Origin: a virus
Length of the DNA stretch: 39,311 nt
IMG/VR virus record: IMGVR_UViG_3300029713_000019
Direction: 5' to 3' (one strand)
The notes beneath the pieces were generated by a model. The model made no database searches, had not been told where the DNA came from, and worked only from the letters and a program-made list of their open reading frames with translations. Position 1 is the stretch's first letter. Each line of letters opens with the position of its first letter. Both the position numbers and the translations under genes were made by a program. This document shows, piece by piece, positions 1 to 7,206 of this stretch.

Positions 1-117
1 ACATTAAACTTCACTTGTCCTAATGGACTACTTGAGTTTAATGTACTTTGTAGGGAAAAAATAACAATGGATTATCCACACAGTTAAAGAAGGTAAATAT
101 CAAGCGAATTGTCTTTG
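1..117. repeat. 117-bp terminal direct repeat, identical to 39195..39311 (circular-closure overlap)
   Basis: Bases 1-117 are letter-for-letter identical to the last 117 bases of the window; the repeat contains the 3' end of the serine recombinase gene and a ~48-bp imperfect palindrome. Confidence 0.9.
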
Positions 118-1406
118 TGGACGACTATATGATCAATCAAATTTCGCCAAAATATAGCCTTTTGTTTTCTATCGAATTTCTCATAAATTGATGATATATC
201 CGACTCGAGTAAAACATTTAACTTTTCATTCCTTCTGATTACTGCTGCACTTCCATCCGCATCAATTTGTACCAATCTAGAGTTTATGTCGTAAGATTTA
301 TCATCGAACTCTTCTCTTGAAATGTATCCATCGATATATAGTTCTTTGACTCTTTCAAGTTTTTGTTTTAATTTCTTTATTTCTTCCTCGTGGTTTTCCG
401 CAAGATCCTTTTCAGATACTGAAACAATGTTATTTTTGATGACTGTTTTTATATTTTTTAACAACTCTTTTTCAATTTTTTTCTCGCTTTTACAAAAGTG
501 CTGAATGGTGCCACCCTTTACTTTTTTTTGGCATGTGTAATAGTAATTGATATTCTTTCTTATGCGATAATATGAAGACATCCTATGACCACAAACTTCA
601 CAGCGCAATAAGCCGCTGAAAAGATATGTTACATTTTTCTTATTGTTTTTTACATATCTTTCTTTATATACTTTGTTTGCCTCATAAAATGTATCTACAT
701 CTATGATTGGCGGAAAGTAATTATTTATACCTCTGTACTTTCCGATATATTTCTCATTCGCAATGATCTGTTGAACGGTTGACGGGCACATTGGTTTTGA
801 ATACTTTGCAATAACTTCACGTACCGTTTCATTTAGATTTCCACACTGAATATAGGTATCAAAGATAAAGCGAACAATCTCGGCATCGAATTCGTTGATA
901 CACGGCTTTTTTGAACGAACTACGTAGCCTAAAGGCATTTGACCGGTCAATACCTCACCCTTTTTTAGTTTGCTCTCAAACACGTCTAAAATACGCTCAG
1001 AATCCTTTTCAATCTCTCGCTGTGAAAGGGAAACACGCAAATTAAACATAAACATGCCGTCGGCCGTTGATGTATTGATATCGTCTTCGAAAATAGAAAT
1101 GATATACACTTTTTTTTTGTTCAATTCTTGCACGGTCTTGTTTGCATCTAAAACGTTTCTTGAAAATCGGTCCAAACGAGTAAATAGTATGTAGTCACCC
1201 TCATTCGACTCCTCGATCATTTTTAAAAAACTTTTCCTTTTTGTTATGGAAGATGCAGATATACCATTGTCGATATATGTGTTAATCACTGTAAACTGAT
1301 TGTTCTTACAGTATTCTTTAAGTGATGCGATCTGTACAGGGATTGATATGTTCTTCTTTTTCTGTTCTACAGTAGAAACTCTTGCGTATAATCTAGCTTT
1401 TTTCAT
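84..1406 (-). CDS. large serine recombinase (phage integrase)
   Basis: N-terminal resolvase-type catalytic domain (YARVSTVEQ with catalytic Ser); recombinase domain; C-terminal Cys-x2-Cys...Cys zinc ribbon and coiled-coil; 440 aa; first gene of the lysogeny module. Confidence 0.85.
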   Translation of the reverse strand: MKKARLYARVSTVEQKKKNISIPVQIASLKEYCKNNQFTVINTYIDNGISASSITKRKSFLKMIEESNEGDYILFTRLDRFSRNVLDANKTVQELNKKKVYIISIFEDDINTSTADGMFMFNLRVSLSQREIEKDSERILDVFESKLKKGEVLTGQMPLGYVVRSKKPCINEFDAEIVRFIFDTYIQCGNLNETVREVIAKYSKPMCPSTVQQIIANEKYIGKYRGINNYFPPIIDVDTFYEANKVYKERYVKNNKKNVTYLFSGLLRCEVCGHRMSSYYRIRKNINYYYTCQKKVKGGTIQHFCKSEKKIEKELLKNIKTVIKNNIVSVSEKDLAENHEEEIKKLKQKLERVKELYIDGYISREEFDDKSYDINSRLVQIDADGSAAVIRRNEKLNVLLESDISSIYEKFDRKQKAIFWRNLIDHIVVHKDNSLDIYLL

Positions 1407-1480
1407 TCGTACCCATCCTTTCTGCTTTCCACTTTTTGCATATTTGAAGCGATTAGCTATTTATGGTAAAATGGGTACAT

Positions 1481-1512
1481 AAAAAGATACATGCTTGCCT
1501 AGCATTCTTTTT
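1481..1512. terminator. bidirectional hairpin terminator (ATGCT-TGCCT-AGCAT flanked by A-run and T-run)
   Basis: 5-bp stem with A6 upstream and T-run downstream, about 70 nt after the stop of the minus-strand gene 1582..2343. Confidence 0.3.
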
Positions 1513-1581
1513 ATGTACAAGGTGTATTGCCGTACACCTCTTTAACACTTCCTTCAGTATTGCCAATACTGGAGGATTTTT

Positions 1582-2343
1582 TTATGTTATAATTTTATCA
1601 GGTTTCGGTATCCCGTGTGGACCGAGGTCTTTTTTTAGTTTGATTTCATTTTTTTTTGTTAATATCAGGACTCCAGCAATTATGCACAGAATCAATTGAA
1701 CTGCAACATTTAGGAATGCTGAAGGGAATAATATGATCGAAAGTAAATATAATCCTGCAGCGATGAAAGCTACAATCCAACTTTTTGATATGGCACCAAT
1801 GAAGTTGGCAACTGCAGCAATAACTTCACAGATGAAGAATGGTAGCATTGCTCTTAATGCAATATATGTTCCTAGTTCTACTCCAGCATCTGCCCATGCA
1901 TTACCAGTGTCAACAGGCGTGGTCGAAGCGGTGTAGAATATGTAGAACATATATACCGCATAACCAATGCTTAGAATTGCTGAAATAATGAGTAATACGG
2001 TTGCTGCAATATGTTTTTCCTTGGAAACTTCTTTTTCCAGTTCTTCAACCGGTTCATCATCCACTACAGGTGGAGGAGTTGTGTTATTTAAAACATTCCT
2101 GTTTATAACTTTAATCAATGCTGATGCTTCTTTTTTGAATTGCTCATCAAACGGAATTGTATATGTAGATACAGTCCCATTTTCATTAATAACACGAGCA
2201 ATGATTTCTGCTCCGTCTATTTTGATACTTTTTAAATCAGTATAATTTATAGTGATTTTATCAAGACTTTCAAGGGGCGTAAAAGTAAAACTATCATCTC
2301 TGAAAACGTTCTCAATCCCGTCATGTAGTATTTTTCTTTCCAT
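1582..2343 (-). CDS. membrane protein (soluble N-terminal domain, Pro/Glu-rich linker, 4-5 C-terminal TM helices); candidate superinfection-exclusion protein
   Basis: Long hydrophobic segments in the C-terminal half; located between the repressor and integrase genes, the classical position of sie genes in Firmicute temperate phages. Confidence 0.5.
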   Translation of the reverse strand: MERKILHDGIENVFRDDSFTFTPLESLDKITINYTDLKSIKIDGAEIIARVINENGTVSTYTIPFDEQFKKEASALIKVINRNVLNNTTPPPVVDDEPVEELEKEVSKEKHIAATVLLIISAILSIGYAVYMFYIFYTASTTPVDTGNAWADAGVELGTYIALRAMLPFFICEVIAAVANFIGAISKSWIVAFIAAGLYLLSIILFPSAFLNVAVQLILCIIAGVLILTKKNEIKLKKDLGPHGIPKPDKIIT

Positions 2344-2386
2344 AATTTTATTTCCTCTTTTCTGTAATTCAACTTTCTGATTGAAT

Positions 2387-3016
2387 TTATTGTTCTATCG
2401 AAAATTTAAATTTATACTTACCAATAACTCTGAAACATTCATCCGTTAAATCTACTTCAATAGGTTGATATGCCTCATTAGCACTTTCTAATAAAATCAT
2501 ACCACTAGGTAATTTTCTAAATGTTTTACAAACAGCTTCAGACTCGCCAACACAAAAAGCTCCAATTTCGCCATTTTCTATAATGTTTGTTTTTTCAAAT
2601 ACCAAAACATCGCCTTCTTTGATTCCTTTTCCAATCATGCTGTCTCCTGAAGCTGTGTTAGCAAAATAGTCATGCCCAGGTTTTATATATTTATCAGGAA
2701 TTGCAATATAATCTTCAACCTGATCATCTACAAAAAGACCAGTTCCACATGATATAGAAGTATAGAGTGGAATACGTTGTATTGCTTTTTGATTGATTGC
2801 AAATGCTTGTTCTCCATCCAAACAGTCAAATAGTTGTTGTGAACTTAATCCCATTGCTTTAGCAATTTTGCCAAGAACATCAAGACTAGGGTTTTTATCT
2901 GATCCATTTACAATGTTCGATATATATGTATTTGAAAGGTTTGATTTACGTGCAAATTCTCGCACTGATATATCATGTTCTGATATATAGCTTTTAATTA
3001 TTTCACCTAACTTCAT
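2387..3016 (-). CDS. CI-like repressor: XRE-family HTH plus S24 (LexA-like) self-cleaving peptidase domain
   Basis: N-terminal HTH (SVREFARKSNLSNTYISNIVNG); C-terminal S24 motifs (ASGDSM serine, downstream Lys); GGAGG RBS 7 nt before the ATG at 3016 (the ORF-track start 3049 is upstream of the RBS). Confidence 0.8.
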   Translation of the reverse strand: MKLGEIIKSYISEHDISVREFARKSNLSNTYISNIVNGSDKNPSLDVLGKIAKAMGLSSQQLFDCLDGEQAFAINQKAIQRIPLYTSISCGTGLFVDDQVEDYIAIPDKYIKPGHDYFANTASGDSMIGKGIKEGDVLVFEKTNIIENGEIGAFCVGESEAVCKTFRKLPSGMILLESANEAYQPIEVDLTDECFRVIGKYKFKFSIEQ

Positions 3017-3040
3017 ATACTCCTCCTTTATGTCAACTAT

Positions 3041-3069
3041 ATAATACAATAAATTTAATGTTCACACAA
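3041..3069 (-). promoter_or_regulatory. putative repressor-maintenance promoter (minus strand: -35 TTGTGT, 17-nt spacer, -10 TATTAT)
   Basis: Reverse complement of 3041-3069 gives TTGTGT-N17-TATTAT upstream of the repressor RBS. Confidence 0.4.
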
Positions 3070-3087
3070 CAAAAATGTAAATTATTG

Positions 3088-3116
3088 TTGACAACATATA
3101 TACTGTAAACTATAAT
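3088..3116 (+). promoter_or_regulatory. early lytic promoter (consensus TTGACA-N17-TATAAT) driving cro-like gene
   Basis: TTGACA at 3088-3093, 17-nt spacer, TATAAT at 3111-3116; divergent from the repressor promoter, with repeated TGTAAAYTAT motifs (3075-3085 and 3103-3113) that could be operator half-sites. Confidence 0.55.
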
Positions 3117-3139
3117 TGACAATGAAAGGAGAGGATAGC

Positions 3140-3331
3140 GTGGACAACAAAGTGAAAGAGATAAGAATTAAAAAAGGATTATCTCAAGAAGAATTGGCGA
3201 ATAAGTCAAATATATCTAGATATTTAATATCTAAAATTGAAAATGGAGAAGATGTTAATTTAACTAAGAATACCATGATTTCAATTTCCAAAGCTTTAGA
3301 GAAACCAGTAATCGAAGTTTTTATGCTTTAA
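3140..3331 (+). CDS. Cro-like XRE-family HTH regulator
   Basis: HTH motif (LSQEELANKSNISRYLISKIENG); AAAGGAGAGG RBS 5 nt before the GTG at 3140; divergently transcribed from the repressor. Confidence 0.7.
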   Translation: MDNKVKEIRIKKGLSQEELANKSNISRYLISKIENGEDVNLTKNTMISISKALEKPVIEVFML

Positions 3332-3389
3332 TTGTAAACTATAGTATGATATGATGTGTTCAGGAAAGGAATAGGGAAGAGGTGTAGAA

Positions 3390-3491
3390 ATGGAAATATT
3401 TATTGTTTGTTTATCGGCTAATATATTGGGCATGATTTTGGGCCATATCATATATCAAATATATGATGAGAATAAAAGAAATGATGTTTAA
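3390..3491 (+). CDS. small hydrophobic peptide (33 aa)
   Basis: ORF MEIFIVCLSANILGMILGHIIYQIYDENKRNDV with purine-rich RBS; below the 60-aa cutoff of the ORF track. Confidence 0.25.
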   Translation: MEIFIVCLSANILGMILGHIIYQIYDENKRNDV

Positions 3492-3550
3492 AACAATCAA
3501 AAAATATCTCTCAATCTAAGAACATTCTACTACAGAAAGGGGATGAGAAA

Positions 3551-3730
3551 ATGAATAAGGTAAAAGACGGAGATTTCATTGACACGAACGCATTCAGTTG
3601 GTGTGAATGGCCAGAAGAGCATAAAGAGAAAAAACGGCGATTAAATCCAGCAGTCTTATTTGTAGCTGGATTGATCATAGGTTGTTTCATCACTTATGGA
3701 CTCATGGTGTTGAGCACAATACTTGGATAG
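3551..3730 (+). CDS. small membrane protein (59 aa, one C-terminal TM helix)
   Basis: AAAGGGGATGAG RBS; basic KEKKRR segment followed by the hydrophobic helix AVLFVAGLIIGCFITYGLMVL. Confidence 0.35.
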   Translation: MNKVKDGDFIDTNAFSWCEWPEEHKEKKRRLNPAVLFVAGLIIGCFITYGLMVLSTILG

Positions 3731-3744
3731 AAAGGAGGTAATTC

Positions 3745-3876
3745 ATGATTTATGGAACATTAAAAGAAAGTCGCTTAAAAGAAGCCTTAGAAAGAGCACT
3801 GAATCTTAATAGATCAACAAAAGTTTCAGTGCAAATAAAAAAAGCGCCTTCCGCCGACCAAAGCAAGAGCGCTTAA
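3745..3876 (+). CDS. small hypothetical protein (43 aa)
   Basis: Strong RBS AAAGGAGGT 7 nt upstream of the ATG; followed by a terminator hairpin. Confidence 0.3.
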   Translation: MIYGTLKESRLKEALERALNLNRSTKVSVQIKKAPSADQSKSA

Positions 3877-3877
3877 T

Positions 3878-3909
3878 AGTGGATAGCCTAAAATATCCAC
3901 TCCTATTTT
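3878..3909 (+). terminator. rho-independent terminator (AGTGGATA-gcctaaaa-TATCCACT then T-rich tract)
   Basis: Perfect 8-bp inverted repeat followed by CCTATTTTA. Confidence 0.45.
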
Positions 3910-4092
3910 AACACAGAAAGTTCCTGGCTTACAAGCAGAACATCGGAGTTGCGTGAGTCCTACATTCTGAATCAGTTCTTATAAGCTATACAAATCCAAT
4001 TGATAATGTGCAGACAGATTGGTGTTTCATATCGAAAAAACTTTTACCGGTGTTCTGCTTATAGGTCAGGAGCAATAGAAGGAGATTAAAAA

Positions 4093-4302
4093 ATGAAACA
4101 AATAACATTAACAGAAGAAAAACTTAAAAATTCAATAGTTTTAGCCGTGTCTAATATTATGAACAAAGCACCACAGGGAGAAGGTTTTGTAGATTTTCTT
4201 TTCATAAACGCGACAGTTGCGGGAATGATTGAAGCTGAGTTAAACAAGATCTTGTTTGGTGATATGGAAAATAATCAGAACAATGAGGATGTAAAATCAT
4301 GA
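4093..4302 (+). CDS. hypothetical early protein
   Basis: ORF with GAAGGAGATT RBS. Confidence 0.5.
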   Translation: MKQITLTEEKLKNSIVLAVSNIMNKAPQGEGFVDFLFINATVAGMIEAELNKILFGDMENNQNNEDVKS

Positions 4303-4607
4303 TTTCAGATGATCGAAAACTGGTGTTTTTATCTTTAACTCAGCCTCCAATTCCAATTATTAAAGATGCAGAAAATGAAATGGATGTAGTTATTGAGTGT
4401 CCATACTGCGGTCATAGAACAAAGGTTGGAGATACATTGATGATAAGCGGTTTCGTTGGTTGTGATCATTGTTACTTCGTACCTGGAGGTTTGCAAGAAA
4501 CAGTTATGTATGTCAAAAAAAATGATAAATCGAATTACATCGGCGGAAAGTTTTATGATGAGGGATTTGAACATAACAGGAATAAGAAGAAAGGTAAAGA
4601 ACTATGA
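4299..4607 (+). CDS. hypothetical zinc-ribbon protein (CPYCGH...CDHC)
   Basis: Four-Cys motif; start overlaps the stop of the upstream ORF (ATGA), indicating operon coupling. Confidence 0.5.
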   Translation: MISDDRKLVFLSLTQPPIPIIKDAENEMDVVIECPYCGHRTKVGDTLMISGFVGCDHCYFVPGGLQETVMYVKKNDKSNYIGGKFYDEGFEHNRNKKKGKEL

Positions 4608-4933
4608 AAGAAGATATCTTGATCGACCTTCTGCAAAGGACCGGAAAGCAGTCAAGAGACAAACTGGTCAAAGCTTTAAATCTTGACAAGAACAACAAGC
4701 ATTCGGACAGACAGCTACGTATCATCAAAGAGCACATCAATCTGTCAGATGGGAAATATAAGGATGTTCTGATTGTTGGATTCAGTGCCAGCAAAGGATA
4801 TAAGATTGCCGACACAGAGGAAGAGTATAAACATTTTATAACAGAGATGAAGGCAAGAAAGAGTTCTATGGATATTCAGATTGAAAAGGCCGAAAGGTTA
4901 TTAAAGGAATTGGAAGAAAGTGACCATGAATGA
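4604..4933 (+). CDS. hypothetical protein
   Basis: ORF with translationally coupled start. Confidence 0.5.
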   Translation: MKEDILIDLLQRTGKQSRDKLVKALNLDKNNKHSDRQLRIIKEHINLSDGKYKDVLIVGFSASKGYKIADTEEEYKHFITEMKARKSSMDIQIEKAERLLKELEESDHE

Positions 4934-5123
4934 ATTAAACGAATTTATTAACCTTCAGATTAAGAACTCGGAATACCTTTTAGCATTTTATCGTCAAAAG
5001 ATAATGACATTGGAAGATGGTACGAGCGAAAAAAATCAATATAAGATACAGCTCATCGATAAAGAAATTGAGTTAGAGAAATGGAAGTATTGTTTGAGCA
5101 TTTTGCAACAGAAGGAGAAATGA
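4920..5123 (+). CDS. hypothetical coiled-coil protein
   Basis: ORF overlapping the neighbouring genes by a few nt. Confidence 0.4.
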   Translation: MTMNELNEFINLQIKNSEYLLAFYRQKIMTLEDGTSEKNQYKIQLIDKEIELEKWKYCLSILQQKEK

Positions 5124-5125
5124 AC

Positions 5126-5773
5126 ATGAGTGCATCAAATTATCTTGTGATCCAGGACTGGATGATAGAGGAACTGAAATTGAAGGGCATGGATCTGATC
5201 ATCTATGCTATCATATTTGGTTTTTCACAGGGCGAAAAATCCGGATTTGTAGGAAGCCAAAAGTACCTAGCATTCTGGTGCAATTCGTCCATAAGAGGGG
5301 TCCAGAAATCACTTAATAAATTGACCCAAAATGGCCTCATTTATAAGTCGGATTCAGGTCTTAGAACAAGAAGTCTAGACGAACTAAGTTCGTTAAAAAG
5401 CGAACAAAGTTCGTGTGAACAAGACGAACTTTGTTCCGAAAAAGACGAACTTTGTTCCGAAAAAGACGAACTCAGTTCGCCCAATAATATAGATAATACA
5501 TTTATATTAAAAGAAAAAATAAATAAAAAAGAAAAGTTGGATGCAGACGATGACGAAAAGAAACGATTCAAAATACCATCGGTCATTGAAATTGCATCCT
5601 ATTGTAGGAAGAGAAATAACACTGTCGATGCACAACGTTTTTTTGATTTTTATGAATCCAAAGGCTGGATGATTGGAAAGAACAAGATGAAGGATTGGAA
5701 AGCAGCTGTTAGAACGTGGGAGAACCAGGAGCGAAAGAGAAGGAAAAGCAATGATACATTGCCATACGTCTAG
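5126..5773 (+). CDS. replication initiator / replisome organizer (N-terminal winged-helix DNA-binding domain; iteron array inside the gene)
   Basis: AAGGAG RBS 8 nt before the ATG at 5126; N-terminal motif YAIIFGFSQGEKSGFVGSQKYLAFWCNSSIRGVQKSLNKLTQNGLI; internal tandem DNA repeats; immediately upstream of the DnaB-like helicase. Confidence 0.6.
   Translation: MSASNYLVIQDWMIEELKLKGMDLIIYAIIFGFSQGEKSGFVGSQKYLAFWCNSSIRGVQKSLNKLTQNGLIYKSDSGLRTRSLDELSSLKSEQSSCEQDELCSEKDELCSEKDELSSPNNIDNTFILKEKINKKEKLDADDDEKKRFKIPSVIEIASYCRKRNNTVDAQRFFDFYESKGWMIGKNKMKDWKAAVRTWENQERKRRKSNDTLPYV
5379..5480. repeat. iteron array: five copies of CGAAC-N3-GTTCG/C dyad motif spaced 21-24 bp (candidate origin of replication)
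   Basis: acgaactaagttcgt (5379), cgaacaaagttcg (5401), cgaactttgttcc (5425), cgaactttgttcc (5446), cgaactcagttcg (5467); two copies are within an exact 21-bp tandem duplication; embedded in the initiator gene as in lambda O and many Firmicute phage oris. Confidence 0.6.
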
Positions 5774-5785
5774 AGGTGATGTCTG

Positions 5786-6994
5786 ATGATCTCAGAAAAA
5801 CAGGGAACCCTGGAATATCATCTTGCAGCGATTGCCTGCTTTGACGATAAGTTCATCCAGGACCCGAACTTGAAGATCGAACTGTTCACCAATTCAGGTC
5901 TTAGAGAAATCGTCCGTGTATGCAAGAAAGTTTTTTCTGCCAAGCATACGCTGGCAATGGAAGACATCGTACTGGAATTATCAAAGGAAGGTCTGGAGAA
6001 CACATATATATCGTTGATGGATCATGCATATGAAAAATCAAGGTATGATGATCTGCTGGATCAATTGCAGACAAGCTGGATGATTCGTGAATCATATGCA
6101 AAGCTGGAAAGTGTCAATGCCGAAGAGATCACATTTGATGAATATCAGTCTCAGGTTGCTTCACTTGGTAAGGATTTCAACCTGGGCACAGCGTCCAAAT
6201 GGTCCGAACAGAAGATCCTGGATGAGCTGCAGCGCAAGGAAGAAAAGATCCATTTCAGGAAGATGGCCTTTTATGAAGAGATCGTGGCTCCATCCAAGAA
6301 AACGGTTAACGTGATTGCTGCTAGGACCGGTGTTGGTAAATCGGCCTATGCGTTGAATATCATGAACGATTTGGCCGAGAAGTACAAATGTCTGTACTTC
6401 AACCTGGAGATGACAGAGAAAGAAATCTATCAGAGGTTAATGGCCATCCAAAGTGGTGTTCCGATTCGAAACTTTACTTTTATGAAACAGAATGAATTTG
6501 TTCGATTTCAGGATGCTGCAAAAAGGTTTGATCAAAAGATGAAGGTGCGAATCTATTCAGGGTCCAAATCGATCGAAGGGGTTCGAAAAATCATAGCAAG
6601 AGAATCCAGGAACGAGCATTGCCTGGTGTTTATCGATCATATTGGCTATATCACCAATCGAAAGATCAATAACACACGTGAACGAGTGCAGCAGATCATG
6701 ATCGATCTGAATAATATTTCAAAGGATTTCGATTGTACCATATTTGCGTTAAGCCAGTTGAATCGTAATGCGGATGATTCACCAAAGCTGATCGATCTAA
6801 AGGATTCAGGAGAAGTTGAACAGACAGCTCATTCAGTTGTTCTATTGAATGACTGTACCAAGGATTACTCTGATTCGACACCAAGGTACGAGCTGATCTG
6901 TGCCAAAAATAGAGGTAGGACCGGAAAAAGAGAAGTTGTATTCAACAAAAACAACCAACAGTTTCAGAACTTAAAAGGAGGGCTAGTCGTATGA
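5786..6994 (+). CDS. DnaB-family replicative DNA helicase
   Basis: Walker A AARTGVGKSAYALN, Walker B LVFIDHIGYI, C-terminal RecA-like helicase motifs (LSQLNR); 402 aa. Confidence 0.85.
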   Translation: MISEKQGTLEYHLAAIACFDDKFIQDPNLKIELFTNSGLREIVRVCKKVFSAKHTLAMEDIVLELSKEGLENTYISLMDHAYEKSRYDDLLDQLQTSWMIRESYAKLESVNAEEITFDEYQSQVASLGKDFNLGTASKWSEQKILDELQRKEEKIHFRKMAFYEEIVAPSKKTVNVIAARTGVGKSAYALNIMNDLAEKYKCLYFNLEMTEKEIYQRLMAIQSGVPIRNFTFMKQNEFVRFQDAAKRFDQKMKVRIYSGSKSIEGVRKIIARESRNEHCLVFIDHIGYITNRKINNTRERVQQIMIDLNNISKDFDCTIFALSQLNRNADDSPKLIDLKDSGEVEQTAHSVVLLNDCTKDYSDSTPRYELICAKNRGRTGKREVVFNKNNQQFQNLKGGLVV

Positions 6995-7206
6995 TCGCAA
7001 CCTGCATGAGAGATAAAGCTAAATCCAATGTCCATATCGCATCATTCAAGAACCAGATGAAATATGGTGCCGAGTATGAAGAGGAGATTGTACCAGGGAC
7101 AACGATGCTTTTGATACCGGTGGAAAATGAAGAAATACCGGAAAGTCAAAAATACAGACATTTCATCGTGAATGGAAAGGTATATTCATGCCTTTTCGTA
7201 AAGTAG
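6991..7206 (+). CDS. hypothetical protein
   Basis: ORF coupled to the helicase stop. Confidence 0.4.
   Translation: MIATCMRDKAKSNVHIASFKNQMKYGAEYEEEIVPGTTMLLIPVENEEIPESQKYRHFIVNGKVYSCLFVK

Noticed and set aside
1-117. Terminal 117-bp repeats as prophage attL/attR
   Set aside because: The integrase is a serine recombinase, whose attL/attR share only a 2-bp crossover; the repeat contains integrase coding sequence; better explained as circular-assembly overlap
3017-3049. Upstream extension MYYIVDIKEEY of the repressor
   Set aside because: The GGAGG RBS sits inside this extension, 7 nt before the internal ATG at 3016
3116-3139. ORF-track start (TTG 3116 / ATG 3122) for the cro-like gene
   Set aside because: These lie at or within the -10 box and transcription start; the GTG at 3140 is 5 nt after a strong AAAGGAGAGG RBS
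3511-3693. 60-aa minus-strand ORF from the track
   Set aside because: Plus-strand small ORFs with canonical RBSs (3551..3730 and neighbours) explain the region better; the surrounding operon is plus-strand
5081-5125. Track start 5081 for the replication initiator
   Set aside because: Overlaps the preceding gene by 43 nt; the AAGGAG RBS precedes ATGs at 5120/5126
5379-5480. Regularly spaced short repeats as a possible CRISPR array
   Set aside because: Repeats are 13-bp dyads inside a coding region with 21-24 bp period and no unique spacers; an iteron array, not CRISPR
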